From assembly GCF_006345805.1 (NCBI RefSeq), contig NC_043012.1, forward strand, positions 34,162,001 through 34,226,000: 64,000 bases of DNA, given 5' to 3'. A model generated the notes under the pieces. The model did no database searches and was not told where the DNA came from. It saw only the letters and a list, made by a program, of their open reading frames with translations. Position numbers and translations under genes: made by a program. Origin of the DNA: Octopus sinensis (taxonomy: Eukaryota). Below are positions 26,930 to 37,888 of the stretch, one piece after another (within the stretch, counting starts at the first letter, position 1; every line of letters begins with the position of its first letter).

Positions 26930-28200
26930 CTGGGGCGTTAAGAGGATGGTGTTGCATCAGCGGAAGTTTGCGCTCTGAGTGCTCATTTTTTTATGTCCAT
27001 TTTCTCATTTTTGTATGTATTGGAGAGATTTTCTCCAACACTCACAACTTGTTGCAATTCTTTGAGTTCATTTCCTTCCTAAACCTTAGTCTCCTCTGTC
27101 AGGTTTCACCACTTCTTCCCACATCTTTGAGTCTTCCTCTTCTGCAGCCTCACTAAAATCACTTGACCCTCCTTCATCTATCAACTTCCATACACATGTC
27201 AACACCAACATAGTTTTCTCTCTCTAGCATACTACAACCGATTCTTCTCATATCCAGTTTTTCTCTCAGCTCATTTATTTTTTAGCATCTATGTATATTA
27301 ACATTATACATCCAGTCAAGGCTGATCTGGAACCCAACCTAGGCCCCCATGTCTACGGCGTTCGCCGCTGGAATAAGGAGCGGTTGGAGATCATGCGGTC
27401 GTTAGCCTCAAATCGCCAGGCCTGGTCAGCATTTGTGAGATATGCAGCATTGAGGATGAATGAAACCACCTCAACCCACCCTGGGTGAATGCTGTAAGAA
27501 GAAGAATTCTGTGTACCTTCTATATCAGAAGTCTTCCTTCCCTGTCAGCCTGCCTGTGATCTTATTGCACATCTATAATTTATATTTGGTACACTGTAGA
27601 CATTCGCCCTTTTCTGCATACCCAGTGAAGTGCTGTCATCTGTCTTTTCTAAGTATTCTTAATTCAAGGTTTGCTCCCATATTTTGAAATTCTCCTTTTC
27701 AACAAATGTTCATCTCAGTCAATGCCATACTCAAGTTCCCACAAACAGCTCATCTTAAACTCCTCAGTTGAAGGTTAAAGAATTATAAACAGGAGCCTGT
27801 GAACCAAGCCCTGGTGGGAACCGAACTGCACTCTACATTCCTCACTGAATTCAAGATCTCACCAACAGATTTTGTGTACGTTACGTGGCTTGTATTCATC
27901 CACACCTAAGTTTATAGAAAGCACAGTGGCCTGTCAAAGCCCTTCTCCAGGTCAATGAATGAAAGATAGAGAGGCTTATTCTTAGCTAAAACCTTTTCTT
28001 GCAGTTGTATCATTAAGAAAGTGTTGTCAAGTTGGTTAGTTTCAGCTTCCTTATTCTGTCAAACACTGACTACAATTTATCTATCCATTAATCTGCCACT
28101 AGTATGCCTTCTCTATTCACCCATTTAGAATGATCTATACCTACCCTTACCCTGAGGAGACAGGCTAACTCACCACAACGCCACATCTTAACAATTGCAC
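26930..28200 (-). pseudogene. Decayed RTE LINE (RT core and C-terminus)
   Basis: Minus-strand remnants of ...QEKxLAKNKPLYLSFIDLEKxFDR..., VGxHQGxVxS, WEL and the RGRPxKxW-type C-terminus, with many stops. Confidence 0.7.
27305..27510 (+). mobile_element. 3' end of a different RTE LINE inserted into the element above
   Basis: VKADLEPNLGPHVYGVRRWNKE...LASNRQAWSAFVR..STHPG* followed by an (aag)n tail. Confidence 0.65.
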
Positions 28201-28549
28201 ACATCACCAATCTAACATCACTACAATTTCTCAAGACCAATCTGTTGTCGTGCCAATGCTAATGGTGGTAGGGCCTAAAGCTTTGCACCTAGCAAGAAGG
28301 AAGTTTTCAGTGGTAGGTGGTTATTTGGTGTGATTTCTGTACTTGGCAAGAGGACAATTGATATAATTGTTTGATGACAGTCAACAGGTTCTCATACATG
28401 GACATAGGTTCCCATCTAACCATTTCAATACCTAGTACAGCAGTACTAACATGGATAATATCGGTCCAATATACATAGATTTTCATTGTATTTGTTGTGG
28501 CTGTCATGGTTTCGACAGTTTATTCTGATCCTATCTTTACCTTTTGTCT

Positions 28550-29150
28550 TTTATTCATTTTGGTCATGAGACTGCAGCCATGCTGGGGCACTGCCTTGAA
28601 ACATTTTTAGTCAAATGAATTGGCCCCAGCACACATCATCATCGTCGTTTAACGTCCGCTTTCCATGCTAGCATGGGTTGGACGGTTTGACTGTGGGCTG
28701 GCGAAACCAGATGGCTGTACCAGGCTCCAGTCTTGATCTGGCAGAGTTTCTACAGCTGGATGCCCTTCCTAACGCCAACCACTCTGAGAGTGTAGTGGAT
28801 GCTTTTACGTGCCACCAGCACGGGGGCCAGTCAGGCAGTACTGACAACAACCTCGCTTGAATTTTTTTTTTACACATGCCAGTAAGGCGAAACCTGGTAC
28901 TTATTCTTTTAGTCTCTTTTGCCAAATTGCTAAATTACAGGGATGTAAACACACCAACACCAATTGTCAAGCAGTAGTGGGAGATAAACACACACACACA
29001 TAGCAAGCTTTCAGTCTGTCTTCCACTAACAAGGATTTGGTTGGCCAAAGACTATAGTAGAAAACACTTGCCCAAGGTTCCTCACAATGGGACTGAACCT
29101 GGAACCATGTAGTTACGAAGCAAGCTTCTTACCAGAGCCATGCCTGCACC
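28550..29150 (-). mobile_element. SINE family B interrupted by SINE family A (about 28633-28885)
   Basis: The family B 3' part (catgctggggcactgcc) and 5' part (tagtctcttttgcc...gggactgaacc) are separated by a family A copy. Confidence 0.75.
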
Positions 29151-29689
29151 TATCAACCATTTTGTATTTTATTGTACCACTACACTAAAGAGACTGTCTG
29201 CCATCACTAAAGTGTCTTCTCTATTCTGTCTAATTGGTGGTATTCAGAGCTTTTACTCTTCTAGGTTGCCTTCACTAATGCCGACAAGACACGTCTTGAA
29301 GCACTCTCATCGCAAATGATCACATCTTGTCCCCGTGTGTGTACATTGAACTTACAACGAACAGTAAAAAGTACTAACTACAAATAGGAGTCTTTGTTAA
29401 TTAATCTGCAGCTACACCTGTATATATAAACAAAAACATATACCAGTGTCTTCTAAATTTGCTTTAGTTTGACTTAACAGAAAGAAATAATGTAAAAGTC
29501 TGCAATATGTATGTGTGACTTCGGATATGATACAGGTGGTAAACCGATTCATTGAACAAAAATACCTGGTGGAAATTACTGTAAACTAGTGAATGACCTG
29601 AGAAATTTACAGCCAATTAGATTATTGGTTCATAAAATGAGTGACATATACAAATAGCTGAGAAAACCAAAAAGCAATATTAAAAATGG

Positions 29690-30080
29690 TCCTCATTACA
29701 TTAGGATGGATCCAGACAGTGATGACAAGAGAAACTAGGATTTGTGGATGAGGTCAAGAACTGTATAATAGAGACAGCATTAAGGGAGTGGAGTTTGGAG
29801 AGGGGAGAAAAAGATGTTGGTTATTAGTACACAAAAGGTAGAGACGAGAGGGAAGGACTTGACTACATAGAAAAATGTGATGAGATGAGAGGGTGAAACA
29901 GGTCAAAAGACATCTCTTCATATGGCAGCATGATATAGAGAATGAAAAAGAATGGTTAGAGGGAGAATGAAAAAGAATGGTTAGAGGGAGAATGATAAAG
30001 AAGAGATGACGGGTTATACACAACCAGAACAACATATTGGGCAAGAGACACAAATACAGATGGAGAGATACACGACTCAT
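29690..30080 (+). pseudogene. Decayed RTE LINE fragment (EN-RT linker)
   Basis: Purine-rich degenerate W.W.DEVK-like segment. Weak. Confidence 0.35.
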
Positions 30081-30149
30081 TATTAATGTGTATGTGTGCG
30101 TATGAATGTATGTATGTGTATATATATATATGTATATATATATATATGT

Positions 30150-30359
30150 AGGTCCCGGGTTGAGTCGGGGTTAACCACAGTAAATAAGGTACTCAATACA
30201 TAGCAGAGTAAATTAATTTATTTTATAGAAGGAGCTTCTACAGGACTAGAACTGTTTCATTCAAATGAAATCATCAGGAAGCTTGACACCAAGCTTCCTG
30301 ATGATTTCATTTGAATGAAACAGTTCTAGTCCTGTAGAAGCTCCTTCTATAAAATAAAT
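30150..30359. mobile_element. Penelope-like terminal fragment forming a perfect palindrome (arms 30216-30285 and 30290-30359)
   Basis: 70-bp perfect inverted arms with loop ACAC. Each arm carries CTGATGA-tttcatttgaat-GAAAC-agttcta-GTC on one strand. Confidence 0.7.
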
Positions 30360-30729
30360 AAAATATATATATATATATATATAGTACATTTAAATATTTG
30401 TTGTGCAAGATTTATAACAATATATATATATAAACTGTAGTTAACACAATGGTATTTAGCAAATACCATCAATTAGAAGTCAATCACTTGAGATTTCAAG
30501 GCAGAAAACTGAAAAATATACATTGCTAATTTGAAATGCTTCAAGTGCAAGTGTGCATGCATGCAGTGAGTGTGTATGTGAGCACCTCACAAAATATGAC
30601 AATATTTACACAACTTTTGCATTGAAGACATTTCCCTCTTGTTTGTGAACTCAAATACACACATATAAAAGACAAATTTAATTTATTAAAGAAAACTGTA
30701 TAAACAATTTAACACAAATATAATGGTTA

Positions 30730-31242
30730 TCTATATATATAAAACTGTAGTTGTGTGAGTGTCTGTCCCCTTCGATTTAAATTCCTAACTACTCCCACAT
30801 TTTGTGGTACAGTTTAACCAAATTCGGGTATCTTATAGTCGTGATTCATATCGAGCCCGTCTGAGTATTAGCGCGCGTCTACGATGAGTCTACGATTTTA
30901 AAAATAATTTAACATCATTTTTTATTCCATTTTAATGCATAATTTTTCGTGTGTCGATGGCGGCGGAGTTGGCGTCCATGGTCACACCTGCACCTGTTTG
31001 CTTCTCCCCCTTCTTCCCTCCCTCGTGAAGCTGTGGAGAAGGGAGTGTAAGGAAATCAACGTCGTAAAGCGTTGTCAAGGAGACCAGCGTTCTTTTAGAA
31101 CAACGACTTCATGGCTTGAAGACACCAAAACAGAAATGGCTAAGAAAGCCCGAATTGGCATCTATAAGGGAAGTAACTCTCTAAAAATGCTTATATAGTT
31201 ATTTCCCTTACAAACCCGAGCAACGCCGGGCGATACTGCTAG
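30730..31242 (+). mobile_element. Non-autonomous Helitron
   Basis: A|TCTATATATATAAAA 5' end, subterminal hairpin cccgagcaacgccggg and CTAG|T 3' end; no TSD. Confidence 0.9.
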
Positions 31243-31903
31243 TATAATATAGAATTACATGAAAAAAGGTTACATGTTTATCTTTCATGGTTAAGAGGTA
31301 AGAATTCTCTTTTTACATAGAAAATCTTGACTTTTCCCCCCTCGGTGTTGGCTAACTGCAAGACTAATTAATATTTGACCCCAGATCAAATGCTATCAAG
31401 TAGACATGATCAAAGGAATTCCAACTGTGTGGGGCTTTTTTTAAAGTTGTTGAGAACTACATGTAGATAACACTAAATGGATTAAGTGATTCTAGGGAAA
31501 GAGTTACTATTTCTCACAAGTGAAGGGCCCAAAGCTTGGAACATAAGTATAACATGTTTATGCGTGTGGGCATGTGCAACAGCTATCTGTATGTACTGCA
31601 TAATGTGTAAATATGAATGCAACAAGACATATATAAACAATTGTAAAAATATAAGTTTGTATAGTCACTCAGTCTGACACACATAATAGTTAAATATCCC
31701 TCAAACTTGGCCCAAGCCTTCAAAATTAACGACACATTGAGCACTTATAGTCCGAGATAATTTTAACATGAAAAGAGAATGGCCCTGGCTTTGATCAATG
31801 TTTAGGACTGACCTATGACTAATACAACTAAAAAAAAGCATATCTGAGTTAATGAGACAAAACTTTGAGATCATTCAGGCTGTTAAAGAAAAGTCATACT
31901 TAA

Positions 31904-32124
31904 CCCTTTTGTTACCAACCCGGCCGAAACCGGCTCTAGCTCCAAGTTCAAATGTCTTACTTTCATAAGTTTGGAATTAAAATCCTCCACCAAACCTTAG
32001 TCACAATTTATGTTCCTAACACTAGCTGAATGATAACTAAGTTATTTTATTAAATTCTTTGTTATATTTAAAATTAATTGAAAGAAACACAGAGCATCTC
32101 AAAATAAATGCAGTAACAAAAGGG
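31904..32124. mobile_element. piggyBac-like MITE
   Basis: TTAA|cccttttgttac...gtaacaaaaggg|TTAA. Confidence 0.9.
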
Positions 32125-32359
32125 TTAAAGGTTCCATATCAGATATTTTAGATTTCAAGTACCTCTTCTGATTTTATTACCAACATCACAACCATTTTTG
32201 GAAAGCTTGGTGCATTCAATCAGGTCACAAATAAATTTTTGATAAGCTAAAATCACACAAAATTTCAATATTCACAAAGTTCCTTTTCTATTACTAATTT
32301 CTCAAGAAAAATTGTTTTGATTCTCGTAATTGGCATCAAAAACTACATTGGTGTAGAAA

Positions 32360-32755
32360 TCTTTATATATAAAAGTGAGGTTGTGTGCTGTCTGTTTCCT
32401 ACGATTTAGATTCCTAACTACTCCCACATTTTGCGGTGCAGTTTAACCAAAACCGAGTATCTTATAGTCGTGATTCATATCAAGCCCTTCTGGGTATTAG
32501 CGCACGTCTACGATGAGTCTATGATTTAAAAAAAAATTTACCATCAATTTTTCCCATTTTTAATGCATTTTTGGCATATATAAGGGAAGTAACTCTCTAA
32601 AAATTTATTAAATCTCAGAATGTAAAAAGCTACAGTAACACCTCCACCCCCTTGTGGTTAGCCATATTGAGATGGCTATTATACTTTACATCTCTAAAAA
32701 TGCTTATATAGTTATTTACCTTACAAACCCGAGCAATGCCGGGCGATACTGCTAG
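32360..32755 (+). mobile_element. Non-autonomous Helitron (same family as 30730, different interior)
   Basis: A|TCTTTATATATAAAA...cccgagcaatgccgggcgatactgCTAG|T. Confidence 0.9.
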
Positions 32756-32879
32756 TTTTCTATAAATTAAAAACGACCTGCCATACCTTCTTAATTCACA
32801 TTCAGCTGTCTTAATGTATAGAAATGATACATTGTATTAATGCAGTTCTAGATGTACTTTATCTAAGAGCAATAGGAAT

Positions 32880-33110
32880 ACCTATTTCTTTACTACCCAC
32901 AAAGAGCTAAACACAGAGAGGACAAACAAGGACAGACAAATGGATAAAGTCGATTATATCGACCCCAGTGCATAACTGGTACTTAATTTATCGACCCGGA
33001 AAGGATGAAAGGCAAAGTCGACCTCAGCGGAATTTGAACTCTGAACATAGCGGCAGATGAAATACCGCTAAGCATTTCGCCCGGCGTGCTAATGATTCTG
33101 CCAGTTCGCC
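32880..33110 (-). mobile_element. SINE family C, full length
   Basis: Near-identical to 26155-26385. Confidence 0.9.
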
Positions 33111-33679
33111 ACAATAGGAATACCTTTGATCGTAATTTTGCTCGAAAGGATTGACCTAGGATTAAATAAATAATTAGACATACTATAAAACATCTGTGCA
33201 ATATACAGAGGATCTTTTGTTTGGCTGCCACTTTTCAATTTCTTCTAAGGTGTAATAATGTAATTTTGTATGCTAGAAATATATTTTAGCCATAAATCAG
33301 TAAATAAAATTTGCAAATTTTGGATAATTTTAGCCAATTGTAAACCAGGCACATTCATGCCTGTTTCCATAGTAACAAGCCAAGCTGTTACCAAGCTATT
33401 TACTCACATGGTCATTTTTCATGTATTAAATGGTGGTTGTGAGATATGCTAAAAATAATAGGTAAATAGGCCTTAATCACACACCAAATTTGTTTTCTTT
33501 GCAGAATCATTAATTTCTGTGTGTAGAATACAAATTCACAAAAATTTTCTGAAATTTTCAAAAGATAAAATGTTATGAGGGGTTATATGGTGTGCACAAA
33601 GCAGAATTCTGCCAATATTTCATTCGTTTACAGTCGACTACACATGTCTCACAGAAAACGACAGCTTCCAAATCCTGTT

Positions 33680-33897
33680 TTCTTTTACTTGTTTCAGTCA
33701 TTTGACTGCGGCCATGCTGGAGCACCGCCTTTAGTCAAGCAAATCGACCCCAGGACTTATTCTTTGTAAGCCTAGTACTTATTCTATCGGTCTCTTTTGC
33801 CGAACCACTAAGTTACAGGGACGTAAACACACCAGCATCAGTTGTCAAGCGATGCTGGAGGGACAAACACAGACACACAAACATATACACACACACA

Positions 33898-33961
<64 letters not shown>

Positions 33962-34020
33962 ACGGGCTTCTTTTCAGTTTCTGTCTACCAAATCCACTCA
34001 CAATGCTTTGGTTGGCCCGA
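33680..34020 (-). mobile_element. SINE family B
   Basis: Internal (AT)n tract; matches other copies. Confidence 0.85.
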
Positions 34021-34764
34021 CTGAAACAAGTAAAACAAAACAAAAATATACCTCATTGAAATGTATAAAGAAAGTGAATGCATGTGAATTACCCGATCTC
34101 ATCCCAAATGTTTTTGATATCAAATTCCAACACAACCACAAGCACCAGGACCATATTTGTAGAAACAAAAATTATTACCCTATTTTCAGAAAGTTATGAA
34201 GAAACAAATCGAGGTGTGAATTATCCAAAACTCCACTTCAAAAAATATTTCACAACAAATTTGGAAAATATTCTGGTCTAAGCACCCTCATAACTTTTTT
34301 TATTTTTTGAAACTATTAATGTGCGATTTAAGGGCTGTTGTTTTTAACGCATCCCACGACCACCTCATATCTTCCTTGTTTCTTTGTCACTTTGACATGT
34401 TTTTCAATATTTTTCACCCCATAAACACATTTCATGGAATGATGATGCACCTAAGGGTGATTTATTGCTGGGATTTAAGCAAAAAACTTCGGTTAATGTT
34501 AAATCTAACCCCGGGCCACCAAAGCAAAAAAAAAAAAGGCGGTATTAAACGAATATGAAAACCAAAATGTGCGCCAACTAATCGATTACTCAGCAGAGGA
34601 AAAGATCATTCTGGACCCGGATAGTGTTGCAGCCTTCTATAGAAATGCGGGCGGAGTTAATAATTTCTGGGTTATTCGTATCACTGGACGGCTGTGTCTC
34701 TGCTAACATTGCTAATGGACTTTGTTATTGGATAACCGAATTAATTCCATTGTGAAAAATCCAA

Positions 34765-34982
34765 GGGGGCTAATGCAGTTTCGTACCTCTCCTTGAAAAA
34801 TGTTTTTTTTTATATTTTTTCGGATTCCTTTTCGAAAAAAGTTCTAGATTTAAACGCGGGGGGGGGCATAAAAACTTTTTTTCGCATATTTGTATTCTCC
34901 GACACCTAAAACGTAGGAATCCGAACAAAATATTTTCAAAAAAATGCATTTTAAAGGAGAGGTGTGAAACTGCATTAGCCCC
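34765..34982. mobile_element. MITE with ~29-bp TIRs
   Basis: ggggctaatgcagtttcgtacctctcctt ... aaggagaggtgtgaaactgcattagcccc. TSD not resolved. Confidence 0.7.
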
Positions 34983-35482
34983 AAACCAAGAATTAAAACA
35001 AAAATAATTCGAAAAACAGTGGAAAGTTTTAGAATTAGGGGAGTGTGGGAAGGTAAAATATTTCTTGAAAAAATTTTTTTAATGGATAATATCCATTATG
35101 CAAAAGACATTCCATACAACCCTAATCTAAACCATCTATAAAATATCTCTCTGGAAAATTTTGTTAGAATTAAGCATTTTCCAGAAAGTTATAAAGAAAA
35201 AAGGGCGGGGAGAGGTGCACACATCTTTAATTATGCCCTAAGTATTAACAAATTCTTGTTTTTCTCTTTATTCAATTTTTATGTCGTACGCAAAAAATTT
35301 TTTACAGAATTGCAAAAGTGTGGAAAAAATGTAATTTTGGGGAGAGAGAAGAAATGAATAAACACGTGGTAAATATGGTTTCTTTACTTTTTATATCGTA
35401 CAGAAATAGGATCGATTTTACAGAACGGCAAATATATAGGGGAAAAATACATGAAAAGTAACGAAAGACACCCCCAGAGGAG

Positions 35483-35850
35483 GGTACTACTAGCGAACAG
35501 TGGTCCCGGTGCGCGCTAGCTAGTCGTAAGTAGTCGATCCTACAACGACTTTGCGCCTATGTTTGTATTTCAAGGCTGAATACATATCAAAGAAAATTAA
35601 ATAATATTTTTCGAACAAAGTAAATAAAACGCAAAATAAATCATTTTTTTAACTAAGTAAATAATTTATTTTCTAAAACAATGTGTATAATTTTTTTTAC
35701 ACAAATTAAATATTCTTCGAACAAAGTAAATAAAACACAAAGTAGGGTTGGGTTTAGGGTTAAAAAGTCGTTGTAGGATCGATTACTTTACGACTAGCTA
35801 GAGCGGATGTGCGAGTGCGCGCACCGGGACCACTGTTCGTTAGTAGTGCC
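35483..35850. mobile_element. MITE with GG-ended TIRs and an 8-bp TSD (Merlin- or MULE-like)
   Basis: TSD cagaggag at 35475-35482 and 35851-35858; TIR ggtactactagcgaacagtggtcccggtgcgcg. Confidence 0.9.
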
Positions 35851-36260
35851 CAGAGGAGTTTAAAACTGTTTTTTTTTTTTTTATGTAAATTCAGTATTTC
35901 AAACAGTGGAATATATTTTATTATTATGGCCGGGTTCAATGACGAAAATTAACGAAAACAGTAAAAAAAATTTAATCTTGAAAGTTATTGCAAAGTTTAG
36001 GATTGGTGAAGAAGAAGGGGGGAGGGGTTGAAAAACATGGCTTTTTGAAGAAAAAAAATAATAAGCGATTTATAAGTGTTTTTTGCAATGTGACATGTAT
36101 ATAAAATGTGGAAAACAATCCCAAGAAATTCCATATTATTCGTGACGGACATTCTGAAAGTTCGGACAGATACATGCATGGTCACGACTGGAACGCTTTT
36201 GATAAGAAAACAACACAAAACTACAAGAACTTTTTTTTTTTTAATATGTTTTGCACTTAC

Positions 36261-36440
36261 CTCCGGGGGTAATGCCGCTGTGGCTGTTAAATTGGTTGTT
36301 GTTGCAGCAGCCAAAGCGGCTGTTGATGATGATGATGATGGTGATGTCGATGTTATTGATGAGGTTAGTGGAAGTGTTGGTGAGACAACAGGAGTACTGG
36401 ACAAGGCAGAAACCAGGGTGCAGGGGTTGGTAGCCATCAT
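36261..36440 (-). CDS. CSTF3: Probable first coding exon of CstF-77 (60 aa, S/T/A-rich)
   Basis: ATG at 36440 opens 60 codons ending ...LPPE, followed by a consensus GAG|gtaagt donor. Phase 0 is compatible with exon 2, and it lies just downstream of a CpG-containing promoter-like region. The link to exon 2 is inferred, with no homology support. Confidence 0.6.
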
Positions 36441-36695
36441 CTTGTTTGTGGTTGAATATGGATATATATATATATATATTGGTTTTCTAGTTCGATAATC
36501 GATCGCTTACGACTGTGTTTCAACGTGTATGAAGAAAGGAGTGGGTGTTAAGGTAGAAAAAGACTGTTTTAGATATAAATATATAAATTTTAGTGTTGTG
36601 TGTTGTACGTAGGTGTATGTTAAACGTTGTGTATTTGAATGTAGAGATTGAAATTAGATTCTATATGAGATCGGCAAAATACTTAAACACAATTT

Positions 36696-36721
36696 AGGAC
36701 CACTGTTCGCTTAGTAGTACC
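36696..36721. mobile_element. Solo-TIR remnant of the same MITE family
   Basis: aggaccactgttcgcttagtagtacc flanked by cacaattt at 36688-36695 and 36722-36729. Confidence 0.8.
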
Positions 36722-37199
36722 CACAATTTGTCTAGGAGAGAAAAAAGGGAGACATTAACTTGGAAAAGGACAAAAAAAAAGGAAAAACGGGGAACGAGAA
36801 AACAAAAGAAATTAAAATTTGAATTCTGTGGATTTCACATATGTTGGTATATATCAGGTGGAGAAAAGAGAGATTCGTGAGATGTGGTTAAAAGTGGGGA
36901 GATAGAGAAACATAAAACAGCCCCCCAAAAAAAAGAAAGAGAGAGAAGAGAGAAGAATTAATAAAGTCTTTGTTTTCGCTCCATGGAAGAAGTAATTAGG
37001 TTTTGGTTACTTACAGATCATCTTGATGGCCGGGAGGGGGGAGAAAGGAGGAGAAATTGGGAGGATAAAGGAGGAAAAAATGTGGTGTATGTGTGCGTTT
37101 GGTTTGTGCTTCTTGGGTTAAGCCTTACTACGGATTCTAGAAGTATTCTTTGCCGTTGTTTGTGAGTGGGGAAGAATATTATTTGATGAATAAAAAGCC

Positions 37200-37280
37200 A
37201 AAGTCACTGCAACAAAATGGTCACCGGATAGTCAGGCTTCTGCGCATGCGTGCCGCTGTCATTAACCGGATGTCGGTAAT
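37200..37280 (-). promoter_or_regulatory. Candidate CSTF3 promoter with NRF-1-like motif
   Basis: TGCGCATGCG at 37241-37250 matches the NRF-1 consensus core. Locally CpG-rich and about 0.8 kb upstream of the putative ATG. Confidence 0.45.
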
Positions 37281-37516
37281 TTTAGAACAGTTTATATAGT
37301 CAGGGAATGCTTGCGCTAGAAATAATAAATCGACTTTACTCTTGCTTTAATTTATATGACCACGAAAGGCAAAGTTTGTCCCCACCCAACGTTATTTGGA
37401 ATGAGAATGTCAAAATCCGTTGCTAAATATCAAAAGGCATTTGACAGATGCTCCCCGCCATTAATATTCCCTCCACCATGTCACGTTAGCTTTGTGCTCA
37501 AAAAATGTTCCAACTT

Positions 37517-37888
37517 AAACTAACTTGTCTTTTTCAAAGTATTACCGTATTTTTAACAACATTATCTATAAAATCCCTTTTTTTTTTTGAGAATTGCAGA
37601 GTATGGTTTGAGGATTATTTAGTTTCTTTTTCTAGCATAAGGGTGGTGCCAATCCAGTTTCGCTTTTCACCAAAGCAATTCCACTTTTTACACTTTTGCT
37701 GTAAACTAACTTGTCTTTTTCAAAGTATTACCTTATTTTTAACAACATTATCTATAAAATCCCTTTTTTTTTTTGAGAATTGCAGAGTATGGTTTGAGGA
37801 TTATTTAGTTTCTATTTCTAGCATATGGGTGGTGCCAATCCAGTTTCGCTTTTCACCAAAGCAATTCCACTTTTTACACTTTTGCTGT
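37517..37888. repeat. Tandem duplication, 2 x 186 bp
   Basis: 37517-37702 and 37703-37888 differ at only a few positions. Confidence 0.95.

Noticed and set aside
29235-29325. Possible box C/D snoRNA on the minus strand (gcgatgag...ctctga)
   Set aside because: Box C is imperfect, there is no terminal stem, and no recognisable rRNA antisense element.
36106-36498. Plus-strand 130-aa ORF with VVVAAAKAAVDDDDDG
   Set aside because: Antisense shadow of the low-complexity minus-strand exon.
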